Positions 19,507 to 29,887 of a DNA stretch of 64,000 nucleotides are shown here, piece by piece. Position numbers and translations under genes: made by a program. The stretch covers positions 2,496,001 through 2,560,000 of the forward strand of contig OY776215.1 of the NCBI GenBank assembly GCA_963675495.1, read 5' to 3'. The DNA is from an uncultured Methanolobus sp. (lineage in GTDB: Archaea; Halobacteriota; Methanosarcinia; Methanosarcinales; Methanosarcinaceae). The notes beneath the pieces were generated by a model. It saw only the letters and a list, made by a program, of their open reading frames with translations, had not been told where the DNA came from and did not search any database. Numbering within the stretch: position 1 is the stretch's first letter; each line of letters begins with the position of its first letter.

Positions 19507-20187
19507 GTGAAAATTGTCAATGATTTACTTTCCAATCCTGCCAAAAGAAAGACAGTTGAAGCTTTCAGATTAATCCTGCAATTGACCGGGCTGTCAATCT
19601 TTGTTTATTTTGGCAGCCAATCCACAATATACATTATACTTTTAAGTGTACCTCTGGCTTTGCTTTTAGGACCTGTTTATTGTGGTTGGATGTGCCCAAG
19701 AGGACTTTTCCAGGATATTTTTGCGAGCTTGGGGCGGAAAGTCCTTGGCAAAAGATACAATACTGCAGTTCCCAGGAAATTCCATCCCTGGCTGATATAT
19801 TCAAGATATATCCTGATGGTGTTTGTTCTTTTGACTTTGATACTTTCAGAATTTACTTATCTTCCTGAGTCCACAGAAATTCTCGTACTTGAAGGACTGG
19901 TAGCCATAATGATAGTTTCAATACTGCTTTCATTTTTTGTAGACCGTGCAGCATGTAAGTATTTCTGCAAGGAGGGAGCTGCTGCCGGACTGTTGAATCT
20001 TGTCAGTAGGGGGAAGATCAAAAGGGATAATTCCCTGTGTAATTCATGTGGTATTTGTGACAGGATCTGTCCCATGTGGATAGAGATATCAAAAAAGGAT
20101 ACTGTGATAGATCATTCCTGCGTCTGTTGCTTCAAGTGTGTACAGGTTTGCCCGGTAAATGCACTCTCTATCGATGATCGATTTTGA
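19507..20187 (+). CDS. NapH/YccM-like membrane 4Fe-4S binding protein
   Basis: YCGWMCPRG and CKYFC motifs, TM helices and two CxxCxxCxxxCP motifs. Confidence 0.85.
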   Translation: MKIVNDLLSNPAKRKTVEAFRLILQLTGLSIFVYFGSQSTIYIILLSVPLALLLGPVYCGWMCPRGLFQDIFASLGRKVLGKRYNTAVPRKFHPWLIYSRYILMVFVLLTLILSEFTYLPESTEILVLEGLVAIMIVSILLSFFVDRAACKYFCKEGAAAGLLNLVSRGKIKRDNSLCNSCGICDRICPMWIEISKKDTVIDHSCVCCFKCVQVCPVNALSIDDRF

Positions 20188-20541
20188 TTTTTTGGAACTA
20201 TAAGGCAAAACCAAGTAGCAAAAATCGGAATTGTGAAAGCATCAGTGCCGCAATTCATTCTATTGGAATTGCAATTAACTGGCGGAAAAATTGCTATTCT
20301 CTGATTAAATTGTTTTTCAGGGGGAGGAAGCTATAGTAAACGCAAATTAGATGATTGTTTTTGTTACATATTACAAATTTTGGAATGTTTCCCTATTAAA
20401 TAGATCTGTTAATCAGATTAAGAACATGTAATGCTGAACAAGCAAACGTATTATTTCCAGATGTCAACAATTTACTATTTTTTGATTGATGCTTAAGTTC
20501 GGGTAATTTTATAAGATATTTAATCCTTTTATTTCGATACT

Positions 20542-22785
20542 ATGAAAATTGAATCACTGGACCTACCAGGTGAAGTTATCCGTTTCTACCTTGATTCTGG
20601 CATAGAAGAACTCTATCCCCCTCAGGCAGAAGCTATTGAAAAAGGATTACTTGATGGTAACAATCTGCTTGCAGCAATTCCAACGGCTTCCGGGAAGACC
20701 TTACTTGCCGAGCTTGCAATGCTAAAATCTATAGCAAACAGCGGCAAAGCACTTTATATCGTTCCACTGCGGGCTCTTGCAACTGAGAAGTTCGAAAGGT
20801 TCAGGACATTCTCTTGCGTCTCTGTAAAAAATGGAGGAAGCGGTGGAGTAAAGGTTGGTATCTCCACAGGGGATTTTGAAGCCAGGGATGAATGGCTTGG
20901 TTCCAATGACATTATCGTTGCAACATCTGAAAAAACCGATTCTCTATTACGTAATGAAACTTCCTGGATGCAGGAGATAACCACAATTGTTGTAGACGAA
21001 GTCCATTTGCTTGATTCAGCTAACAGGGGTCCAACACTGGAAGTCACTCTTACCAAACTAATGAAACTTAATCCCGGATGCCAGATAATTGCTCTATCGG
21101 CAACCGTTGGAAATGCCTACGAAGTTGCAGACTGGTTAAAGGCCAAACTTGTGCTCAGTGAATGGCGCCCAACCGACCTGCACGAAGGAGTTTATTATGG
21201 TGGTAACATCAATTTCAGGAGTTCACAGAAACGCATTGATGCTCCGACCAAGGATGATGCGGTCAACATACTACTGGACACATTGGAAGATGGCGGACAG
21301 TGCCTTGTCTTTGAAAGCAGCCGTAAGAATTGTGTTTCCTTTGCTAAAAGAGCAGGTGTAAAGGTTTCAGAGACTCTTGACAGACCCACACGCAATTTAC
21401 TGGATGAGCTTGTTGAGCAGATAATCGAAAGTGGCGAGACTGAGGCATCTAATGTGCTGGCACAATGTGTGAGAAATGGAACTGCATTTCACCATGCAGG
21501 ACTTAACTCGGCACATCGTAAAATCGTGGAAGATGGCTTCAAGGCCAACAAGATCAAGATGATATGCAGCACTCCTACCCTTGCGGCAGGCCTGAACCTT
21601 CCGGCAAGAAGAGTAATTGTCAAAAGTTACAGACGCTATGATCCTAACTATGGAATGCAGCCAATACCCGTGCTTGACTATAAACAAATGGCAGGCAGAG
21701 CTGGAAGGCCGCATCTTGATCCTTATGGTGAGTCGGTTCTAATCGCTCGTTCATATGACGAGATGGCAGGGCTTTTTGACAACTATATCGATTCCGATGC
21801 TGAGGACATATGGTCCAAGCTTGGAACAGAGAATGCCCTGAGGACTCATATCCTTTCAACCATCGTGAATGGTTTTGCAACCACAAGGGACGGACTAATG
21901 GAGTTCATTGAGGCTACGTTCTTTGCCCACCAGAATGATACATGGGGTATAGTGGAAGTGGTTGACGAATGTCTTGACTTTTTGAGGGACAAACGGATGC
22001 TTGAAGGTGATGATACTTTATTGCCCACGGTCCTTGGAAGGCTTGTATCTACTCTTTACATCGACCCACTTTCGGGTGCTTACATTGTTGACGGCTTAAA
22101 GAAAGCCGAACATATCACAGACCTTACCCTTCTGCACCTTATCTGCAAGACGCCTGATATGAGGCAGCTTTACATGAGGTCCAATGATTATGAGATAATC
22201 AATGATTTTGTCATAGCTCATAGTGAAGAATTCGCTGAGGTTCCGCCCCGTTCAAAGGAACTTGATTATGAATGGTTCCTGGGTGAGGTAAAAACTGCTC
22301 TTTTGATACTTGATTGGATAGGTGAGAAGTCACTTGACCAGATTACCAAGAAATTCAATGTTGGTGAAGGCGACGTGCATGCGTTTGCAGACATTGCGGA
22401 ATGGCTTATGCATTCTACTACAAGGCTCGCAGGTCTCATTGCTCCTGAGATGACCATAGATGCTGCCAACAAGGCTGTAATGCTGGAAAAGAGAATACAT
22501 TACGGCGCTTCACCTGAACTTATCGAACTTGTTAGTATACGGGGTATTGGACGTGTACGTGCCCGCAAGCTCTATGACAATGGTCTTAAGACTGTGGAAG
22601 ATATACGAAAATCAAACCCAGCTACGGTCTCAGCTCTAATTGGTCAAAAGACAGCAGCAAAGCTGTTTAGTGAGATAGGCATCCACCTGACACTCAGTTC
22701 CGATACATCAGGAAATATGAGTCCAAAGACCATGGGTTCATTAATGGAAAATGAGCAGAGGACTTTCAGCGATTTTGAAAAGTAA
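20542..22785 (+). CDS. hel308: ATP-dependent DNA helicase Hel308
   Basis: Q motif [27 protein letters not shown] and C-terminal HhH (GIGRVRAR). Confidence 0.95.
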   Translation: MKIESLDLPGEVIRFYLDSGIEELYPPQAEAIEKGLLDGNNLLAAIPTASGKTLLAELAMLKSIANSGKALYIVPLRALATEKFERFRTFSCVSVKNGGSGGVKVGISTGDFEARDEWLGSNDIIVATSEKTDSLLRNETSWMQEITTIVVDEVHLLDSANRGPTLEVTLTKLMKLNPGCQIIALSATVGNAYEVADWLKAKLVLSEWRPTDLHEGVYYGGNINFRSSQKRIDAPTKDDAVNILLDTLEDGGQCLVFESSRKNCVSFAKRAGVKVSETLDRPTRNLLDELVEQIIESGETEASNVLAQCVRNGTAFHHAGLNSAHRKIVEDGFKANKIKMICSTPTLAAGLNLPARRVIVKSYRRYDPNYGMQPIPVLDYKQMAGRAGRPHLDPYGESVLIARSYDEMAGLFDNYIDSDAEDIWSKLGTENALRTHILSTIVNGFATTRDGLMEFIEATFFAHQNDTWGIVEVVDECLDFLRDKRMLEGDDTLLPTVLGRLVSTLYIDPLSGAYIVDGLKKAEHITDLTLLHLICKTPDMRQLYMRSNDYEIINDFVIAHSEEFAEVPPRSKELDYEWFLGEVKTALLILDWIGEKSLDQITKKFNVGEGDVHAFADIAEWLMHSTTRLAGLIAPEMTIDAANKAVMLEKRIHYGASPELIELVSIRGIGRVRARKLYDNGLKTVEDIRKSNPATVSALIGQKTAAKLFSEIGIHLTLSSDTSGNMSPKTMGSLMENEQRTFSDFEK

Positions 22786-22933
22786 ACTTTAATTCTGTTT
22801 ACAGTGTTAGGCTTTAAGCATTATTTAAGCATTATATATATGATGAACAGGTATAAGCATCAGGAAATAATCATAATCATTTACTAATGTCAGTTAAATA
22901 GCAATTTTACATTATCCATTCCGGGGAAATATC

Positions 22934-24211
22934 ATGCTTTACAAGAAACTATCCGAACTTACCGATGAAGAGAAAGGCAAAATAATTGGTCGTGGTGGAG
23001 AACTTGCAGATGTTGGTGCTACGGTTGCCTCTATCATTAAAGATGTAAAGCAGAATGGTGATTCAGCCCTGCGTGAATACACTCAGAAATTTGATGGTGC
23101 CGAAATTGACGCAATCGAAGTCTCAAAGGAAGAGATCGATGGGGCTGCAAAAAGTGTAGATCCTGCTCTTCTGGAGCATCTTGAATTCGCTGCCGGTAAT
23201 ATCAGGAAGTTCCATGAAGCACAGATGCCTCAAAAGATATGGTTCATTGAGCTTTCACCGGGTATTGAACTTGGGCAAAAGATTACGCCACTTGAAAGTA
23301 TAGGTGCATATGTTCCAGGTGGAAGAGCCTCATATCCTTCTACTGCCCTTATGACAATAGTTCCTGCAAAGGTTGCAGGTGTCAAGAATGTTATAATGTG
23401 CACTCCCCCGGGCAAGGACGGAAAGGTCAATCCTCTCACACTTGCGGCAGCAAAGGTGGCTGGCGCAGACCATGTTTATAAGATAGGCGGCGTACAGGCA
23501 GTTGCCGGTATGGCATATGGTACTGAAAGTGTTCTGAAAGTAGACAAGATCGTAGGTCCTGGTAACGTCTTTGTGACTGCGGCAAAAATGCAGGTGAGGG
23601 ATATGGCAGAGATCGATTTCCCTGCTGGCCCAAGTGAAGTTCTTATTATAGCTGATGATTCCTGTAATGCCAGGATGGCAGCATCAGATATGATCGCTCA
23701 GGCGGAGCATGATCCTAATTCTGTGTCTGTTATTGTAACGACTTCTGAAAAGCTTGCAGAGGATGTAAGAAATGAGGTCATTAAGCAGGCTAAGGAAACT
23801 CTCAGGACCGAGATAGTTAACACTTCCCTTGAAAACGCTGCAGTACTGGTGGCTGGTTCCATGGATGAATGTATCGCATTTTCCAATGAGTTTGCCCCAG
23901 AGCACCTTGAAATAATGGTTGAAGATTCTGATGATGTTCTTGAAGATATAGAACATGCAGGCTCTATATTTGTGGGCAACTATTCTCCGGTTCCTGTGGG
24001 AGACTATGCGTCCGGTACCAACCACGTATTACCTACGGCAGGTTATGCAAGGATTTATTCTGGCCTGAATCTTGCTCATTTTATGAAATCTTCAAGTATA
24101 CAAAAAATAAGTAAGCAAGGACTTGAAACATTAAAAGATTCTGTTATTTCAATTGCCGAAAAAGAGGGTCTGAAGGCGCATGCGGATTCTGTTCGGACTA
24201 GATTTGAATAA
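22934..24211 (+). CDS. hisD: Histidinol dehydrogenase
   Basis: YVPGG, KIVGPGN, PAGPSE, QAEHD, APEHL and [13 protein letters not shown]. Confidence 0.98.
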   Translation: MLYKKLSELTDEEKGKIIGRGGELADVGATVASIIKDVKQNGDSALREYTQKFDGAEIDAIEVSKEEIDGAAKSVDPALLEHLEFAAGNIRKFHEAQMPQKIWFIELSPGIELGQKITPLESIGAYVPGGRASYPSTALMTIVPAKVAGVKNVIMCTPPGKDGKVNPLTLAAAKVAGADHVYKIGGVQAVAGMAYGTESVLKVDKIVGPGNVFVTAAKMQVRDMAEIDFPAGPSEVLIIADDSCNARMAASDMIAQAEHDPNSVSVIVTTSEKLAEDVRNEVIKQAKETLRTEIVNTSLENAAVLVAGSMDECIAFSNEFAPEHLEIMVEDSDDVLEDIEHAGSIFVGNYSPVPVGDYASGTNHVLPTAGYARIYSGLNLAHFMKSSSIQKISKQGLETLKDSVISIAEKEGLKAHADSVRTRFE

Positions 24212-24314
24212 TATACCCTTCTATTTTTTTATACGATAAATCGGTAATTATTTAATAGGTGAGTACATACATTATTTTAATAAGTTCTCTACGAACTGGA
24301 GGTGAGGGAGTCTC

Positions 24315-24713
24315 ATGAAAATAAGAGTTGTAAGTTCGCGAGAAGAAATACCGCAGTTAAATCCGACTGAAAAGGTAATTCATCTTGCTTTCAGGCCATC
24401 GAACAAGGATATTTTTTTACTGGTTCAGACATGTCCAAAAGTGGAAGTCATCCAGATTCCTAGTTCTTACAGGCGCACAGTTTCTAAGTCTATTGAGATG
24501 TTCATGACAATGCAGGACATCAAGCTCGTTGAGGGTGATGTATGGGGTCACAGGAAAGATATTAATGAATACTATAGTATCGCTCCGGCATTACTTGACA
24601 AGATCAAAGAGCTTAAATCAGAAGGCATGTCTGATGAAGACATAGTGAACAAACTGGAACGTGAAGGAAAGTTGAACAGGGAAATGCTGTTCTACATATT
24701 GAGCAAAAAATAA
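24315..24713 (+). CDS. DUF1699-family protein
   Basis: MKIRVVSS..HLAFRPSN..GDVWGHRKDINEYY, a Methanosarcinales-typical family recognised by motif. Confidence 0.8.
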   Translation: MKIRVVSSREEIPQLNPTEKVIHLAFRPSNKDIFLLVQTCPKVEVIQIPSSYRRTVSKSIEMFMTMQDIKLVEGDVWGHRKDINEYYSIAPALLDKIKELKSEGMSDEDIVNKLEREGKLNREMLFYILSKK

Positions 24714-24966
24714 CATTTCATAATTTAAGACGAAGTGCGCTATCGGATGATACGCACTTTATTTGTATTTAGCTAACGTTCACTTTTTGTTTTAGGATTC
24801 GTTTTGATTAGTTTTAGTGTATTAATAGTGTTATTAATATTATACATTTCATATTTTTCTTCGAATTATAAAGTTGCCTTGTTTTCATCATGTCTTCGGG
24901 ACGATGCATATTTATAACTTGGTAAGTTCATTACCATCTAAAAAAGATATACAGGATTTCATTAAC

Positions 24967-25734
24967 ATGGCCCAGAAATATGGTAAAGTCTATTTGGTTG
25001 GTTCAGGCCCGGGTGATCCGGAACTATTAACGCTCAAAGCACGCAGGCTTCTTGATACTGCTGAAGTTGTTGTATATGACCAGCTTCCTGGTAAAGCTAT
25101 AATCGATTCTATATCTGCCAACGCTGAAAAGATAGATGCAGGTAAACATGCAGGAGAGCATACGCTCACTCAGGATGAGATTAACGCTGTAATTATCCGT
25201 AAAGCAAAGGAAGGAAAAGATGTAGTTCGTCTCAAAGGTGGTGACCCCTACATGTTCGGTCGTGGAGGGGAGGAAGCTCAGGAACTTATTGCTGAGGGTA
25301 TTGGATTTGAGGTTGTACCTGGCATAACATCAGCTGTTTCTGCTCCTGCTTATGCAGGCATACCTGTTACTCACAGAGACCATGCTTCTATGGTCACTTT
25401 CATTACAGGACATGAGGATCCTACCAAAGAGGAAAGTGCTCTTGATTGGGAAACACTTGCAAAATTCGATGGAACTATTGTCATTTTCATGGGTGTGAAA
25501 ATGCTTGGCAGAAATGTCGGTGAACTTATGAAATACGGCAAGGATCCTAAGACTCCTGTTGCTCTTATAGAAAGAGGTACAAGACCTGATCAGCGCGTGA
25601 CTACAGGTGTTCTTGATAATATTGCTGAGATTGCAAAAGAAAGAGGTGTAAAAGCACCTGCTATCACAGTGGTAGGAAGTGTTGTTACACTTCACGATAT
25701 ACTTGGTGAGCAGACTTCAGGCAGCTTAGAATAG
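24967..25734 (+). CDS. cobA: Uroporphyrinogen-III C-methyltransferase
   Basis: VYLVGSGPGDPELLT, RLKGGDP and VPGITS; start set at ATG 24967; ends in TAG. Confidence 0.95.
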   Translation: MAQKYGKVYLVGSGPGDPELLTLKARRLLDTAEVVVYDQLPGKAIIDSISANAEKIDAGKHAGEHTLTQDEINAVIIRKAKEGKDVVRLKGGDPYMFGRGGEEAQELIAEGIGFEVVPGITSAVSAPAYAGIPVTHRDHASMVTFITGHEDPTKEESALDWETLAKFDGTIVIFMGVKMLGRNVGELMKYGKDPKTPVALIERGTRPDQRVTTGVLDNIAEIAKERGVKAPAITVVGSVVTLHDILGEQTSGSLE

Positions 25735-25746
25735 AAGGTATTTCCT

Positions 25747-26544
25747 ATGGCAGAACAACTCAAAAGGCCGGTATTGGCAATAATGAGGCCGCAGCGCTAT
25801 CTGGAAGAGTCTGCTAAGCTCGCAGATTCCATGGGTTTTGAACCACTGGCAGTTCCTATGATAGAATTGGCCGATATGAAGGATGAATACTTCGATGGTT
25901 TCGTTGAAAGAGTTCTTTCTGGTGTTTCAGATTATGTTATCATTACCAGTGCTAATGGTATTGATTTCACTCTTGGGAAAATCCCTTTAAGTGACCAGGA
26001 TAAGTTCATTGAGGCACTAAATGCTACTAAGGTCATAGCCATCGGTCCAACTACCCGTAAGTCACTGGAGGATCTGGGTATAAATGTAATTGGAATGCCT
26101 GGTGTTTACAGTTCTGAAGGGCTGGTGGAATTCCTCTGTCCTGATATAAATGGGAAAGTTATTGATACAGCAAGAAGTTTCTATGGTTCTTCCCTTCTCA
26201 TAGAAGGTCTGAAGAAATGCGACGCTGAAGTGCATGAGACCAAAGTATACACGCTCGCCAAACCTCAAGGTACTGAGCAGGATGATTTTATACGCAGGGT
26301 TCTTGATGGTGATGTCGACGTATTCGCGTTCACAAGTTCTATGATGGTGCGCAATTTCTTTGAGGATGCTGTAAGCCAGGCTACAAAAGAAGAAGTTATT
26401 GGTATTATGAATAATTCCATTGTTGCGGCTATAGGTATACCCACAGCACAAACAATTGAAAGTTATGGGGTGAAGGTTTCAGTTACTCCTGGTAAATTCA
26501 CATTTGAAGATATTCTTAAGAAAGTTCTGGAACTGCTTGATTAA
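25747..26544 (+). CDS. hemD: Uroporphyrinogen-III synthase
   Basis: IITSANG, AIGPTT and FTSS motifs; directly follows cobA. Confidence 0.9.
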   Translation: MAEQLKRPVLAIMRPQRYLEESAKLADSMGFEPLAVPMIELADMKDEYFDGFVERVLSGVSDYVIITSANGIDFTLGKIPLSDQDKFIEALNATKVIAIGPTTRKSLEDLGINVIGMPGVYSSEGLVEFLCPDINGKVIDTARSFYGSSLLIEGLKKCDAEVHETKVYTLAKPQGTEQDDFIRRVLDGDVDVFAFTSSMMVRNFFEDAVSQATKEEVIGIMNNSIVAAIGIPTAQTIESYGVKVSVTPGKFTFEDILKKVLELLD

Positions 26545-26664
26545 GTATTTCCTGAACAATCCTTTTTTTGTTTCATCTACCATAGGTGTAATATAGGATG
26601 ATGGTATAGAGTTCGCACGTATTAGAACGATCTTCTTTTATTCTTCTATTTCGGAGTCCTGATC

Positions 26665-27867
26665 ATGATAGGTATTTCAAAACTTTATTGCAGAACCGTC
26701 GAACCCTCGGATGCGCTTCGCTATGGGCGCGACTCTAAAAAACTTCCATCTCATTTGCTTCAATTCTCAAAGGATAAGAAACCAGTTGTAGTATGGAATG
26801 TTACTCAGCGATGCAATCTTCGTTGCGTTCATTGCTATGCACATTCTAAAAATATTGATTACAAAAATGAGCTTAGCACTGAAGAAGGTAAAGCTCTCAT
26901 AGACGACCTTGCTGAGTTTGGTTGTCCTGTAATATTGTTCTCAGGAGGTGAACCTCTTATGAGGAAAGACCTTCCTGAACTGGCAGAATATGCAACCTCT
27001 AAGGGAATACGTGCAGTAGTATCTACCAACGGAACACTGATCACAGAAGATATGGCCCGTACCCTCAAGAAGATAGGGCTTTCTTATGTAGGCATATCTC
27101 TGGATGGAATGCGCGAAACCAATGATAGTTTCCGTGGGATAGAAGGTTCTTTTGACAAGGCAATGCAGGGTCTCCATAACTGTCAGAAAGAAGGTATAAA
27201 AGTAGGCTTGCGATTTACTATCAATCGTCATAATGTTCATGATATTCCGGCAATATTTGACCTGATGGAGCGGGAGAATATCCCTCGTATATGTTTCTAT
27301 CATCTTGTTTATTCAGGCCGTGGTTCGGAAATGATAAATGAGGACCTCTCCCTTGAGGAAAGTCGTAAGACTGTGGATATGTTGATAGATAAGACAAGGG
27401 ATCTCCACAGCAAAGGTAAAATGGTAGAGGTATTGACAGTTGATAATCACTGTGATGGTCCGTACATTTACCTGCGTCTTCTGAAAGAGGATCCGGAAAG
27501 AGCTGCAGAGGTTCTGGAGCTTCTGAACATGAACCGGGGCAATTCAACAGGAATTGGGTTTGGCTGTGTTTCATGGGATGGTTCAGTTCACCCTGATCAG
27601 TTCTGGAGGCATTACTCCTTTGGGAATGTCAGGGACCGTAAGTTCAGTGAAATATGGAGGGATACCAATGACGAACTTATGGCAGGGCTCAAGGACCGTA
27701 AACCTTTGATAAAGGAAAATGCTGACAGGTGTGCTGTATGCAAGTGGTTTGATGTATGCAATGGTAATTTCCGCGTACGTGCCGAGTCTGTTTATGGCAA
27801 TATTTGGGCAGATGATCCTGCATGTTACCTGAGTAATGAAGAGATTGGTTACGACGATTCCCGGTGA
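26665..27867 (+). CDS. ahbC: Radical SAM 12,18-didecarboxysiroheme deacetylase (alternative heme pathway)
   Basis: MIGISKLYC...LRYGR N-terminus, CxxxCxxC, SPASM-type C-terminus ending DPACY; tetrapyrrole gene context. Confidence 0.85.
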   Translation: MIGISKLYCRTVEPSDALRYGRDSKKLPSHLLQFSKDKKPVVVWNVTQRCNLRCVHCYAHSKNIDYKNELSTEEGKALIDDLAEFGCPVILFSGGEPLMRKDLPELAEYATSKGIRAVVSTNGTLITEDMARTLKKIGLSYVGISLDGMRETNDSFRGIEGSFDKAMQGLHNCQKEGIKVGLRFTINRHNVHDIPAIFDLMERENIPRICFYHLVYSGRGSEMINEDLSLEESRKTVDMLIDKTRDLHSKGKMVEVLTVDNHCDGPYIYLRLLKEDPERAAEVLELLNMNRGNSTGIGFGCVSWDGSVHPDQFWRHYSFGNVRDRKFSEIWRDTNDELMAGLKDRKPLIKENADRCAVCKWFDVCNGNFRVRAESVYGNIWADDPACYLSNEEIGYDDSR

Positions 27868-28099
27868 CCATTCTTTTTTTAATTGTGCATGTTGGGGATT
27901 ACGTAATCCACTAGTATATACGCCATGATCAACATAATTATGGCAAGGAATGTAAATTTAAATATAAGCTTTACAAGCATACTGTCACCTCTTAACTTTC
28001 ATATCTTCGAAAGACACTTCCACATAATGGTGGGGATGAACAGGTATAAAAAAGATGTGGCAACTGATGCCACAAATTACATATTTTTTATTGATACGT

Positions 28100-28450
28100 T
28101 CAGACTTCTACGCAGTTTTGCCAGACTCCGTGAACATTACAGTATTCAAGAGCACAGAATGCTTTGAAATTATCGATGTTGTTCACGTGGAAGGTTGCAA
28201 CCGGGTCGGTGTGGACTGGCTCAAAGGTCATTTTTCCGAAGTTAATTGTTTTCCCTTCTTTTGTAATGCCGTAGAGTTCTACCCATTCTATGTGATGCTC
28301 TACTGTGTTAGGGTGTGGAACTTCCTTTCCAACGACCACGCGTACAAAGTCAGCTTTTGTCTGTCCATGTCCTCTGATCATCTCTATTTCAGGAACATGT
28401 TTCTCTTTACCTTCAACTTCCTTTCCTTTTAGTATTTCCCCGAATTCCAT
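28100..28450 (-). CDS. sor: Superoxide reductase (1Fe-SOR/neelaredoxin)
   Basis: EKHVP, HPNTVEHHIEW and CNVHG iron-ligand motifs; start set at ATG 28450. Confidence 0.92.
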   Translation of the reverse strand: MEFGEILKGKEVEGKEKHVPEIEMIRGHGQTKADFVRVVVGKEVPHPNTVEHHIEWVELYGITKEGKTINFGKMTFEPVHTDPVATFHVNNIDNFKAFCALEYCNVHGVWQNCVEV

Positions 28451-28489
28451 ATTTTCACCTTTTGTATATTGCATAATTATTGTTCACTC

Positions 28490-28996
28490 TTATTCAGCAG
28501 ATGGATTGAACGCTCTTGCTTCAAGTTCCTTGTCGATCATGAAAAGGCCATTTCCATCTTTGCCTACGAGCTTGAGCTTTGCTATCATTTCATTGTCATT
28601 TGCTTCTTCCTCTATTTGTTCAGTGACGAACCATTGGAGGAATATCTGGGTTGCATAATCCTTTTCCTTATTTGCAAGGTCTACAAGTCCATGTATTGAC
28701 TTTGTAATGAATTGTTCATGCTTCAATGTTGCCTCAAACATCTCTAATGGAGTTCCAAAAGTGCCAGGTGGTTTTTCGATAGCATCAAGAACTATTTTTT
28801 CACCCTGGTCATTAACGTAGTCATATATTTTCATGGCATGACTCATCTCTTCATGGTACTGGACCATGAACCAGTTGGCAAAACCATTAAGTCCTACGTA
28901 GGTACAGTGTGCTGACATGTCCATGTAAAGAAATGCAGAGTACATCTCCTTATTGATCTGCTCGTTAAGGGCTTTTGTCATCTTTTCACTTATCAT
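28490..28996 (-). CDS. ftn: Non-heme ferritin
   Basis: LNEQINKEMYSAFLY, EEMSHA and FLQWFVTEQIEEE ferroxidase-centre motifs. Confidence 0.95.
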   Translation of the reverse strand: MISEKMTKALNEQINKEMYSAFLYMDMSAHCTYVGLNGFANWFMVQYHEEMSHAMKIYDYVNDQGEKIVLDAIEKPPGTFGTPLEMFEATLKHEQFITKSIHGLVDLANKEKDYATQIFLQWFVTEQIEEEANDNEMIAKLKLVGKDGNGLFMIDKELEARAFNPSAE

Positions 28997-29026
28997 TTCT
29001 TATCTCCAATGTTTAATCTTCGATAA

Positions 29027-29377
29027 TCAGAATACTACTATCTCATAGCCTTCATCAATATATCGTGCCATGCTAGGATGTCCAAACATTTCATCGCACA
29101 ATGTGAGATTCTGTTGCTTTACGCTTTCAAGGCTCTCCATTTTTGCTGCACAAGCTCTGCATACACAGTCTATCAACCCTGCTTCCTTTGCTTTTATATA
29201 AAGGTTTGAAAAAGGTTTTTTTTCGTCTTCCGCCTCTTTAATGAGACGTGTTGCAGGACCTTCTATTATCATCTTGACGTCATAGCCTTTCTCTTTCATA
29301 TCAAGTGTATTCATCAAAGCATGGATGAAACACAGTTCCTCTCCGTTAAATACAAAAAGAGCTATCTTTCTGGACAT
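29027..29377 (-). CDS. DsrE/DsrF-like protein
   Basis: CFIHAL..., VCRACA and GHPSM motifs; first gene of the cluster with ferritin and SOR. Confidence 0.7.
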   Translation of the reverse strand: MSRKIALFVFNGEELCFIHALMNTLDMKEKGYDVKMIIEGPATRLIKEAEDEKKPFSNLYIKAKEAGLIDCVCRACAAKMESLESVKQQNLTLCDEMFGHPSMARYIDEGYEIVVF

Positions 29378-29887
29378 AAGACCACCTTATCTGACATTTA
29401 TTTGCCTCCGCTTCCCCTTTCTAAAAAGGTATAGATTTCTATAAAGTGTTTTCGGTTTCCTGCCATTTTTATTCAGAATGCGGAGGTACTGTGTTCTGAT
29501 TATTTTATTTAACAGAGAACAAAATAGTAAACTTGATATACTAAATTCTCTTCACATGACGTGGCTTGTCTTCTGCACGCAGCTGGTCAAAGAATAGGGC
29601 ATATGTTCCAGACGGTATCATCACCCATTCGTCAGGGAAATGTTTGCTTTCGATCGTACACCAATGACCTTTTGTCCAGTCGGGATTTTCTGCAAGATAT
29701 CTTTGTTGTGCAGGGGCAAACCTCTTTTGAAAACATGCGTTATTTACGTTTTTTATTTTATGTTTCTTATCCTTTCTAAACGTTTGAGCATCTTCGTTTC
29801 TAACCAGATAATTTAAATAATCTAACACCACTTAGGATAAAAAACACAATCAATACATTAATTGATTATACTTATCGGAGAGTCACA

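Noticed and set aside
20188-20541. 350-bp intergenic region before hel308 as a possible sRNA or small ORF
   Set aside because: No convincing stem, repeat or ORF seen by eye.
24874-24966. 31-aa N-terminal extension of CobA in the ORF track
   Set aside because: It covers a TATA-like element (TTTATAA); CobA homology starts at ATG 24967.
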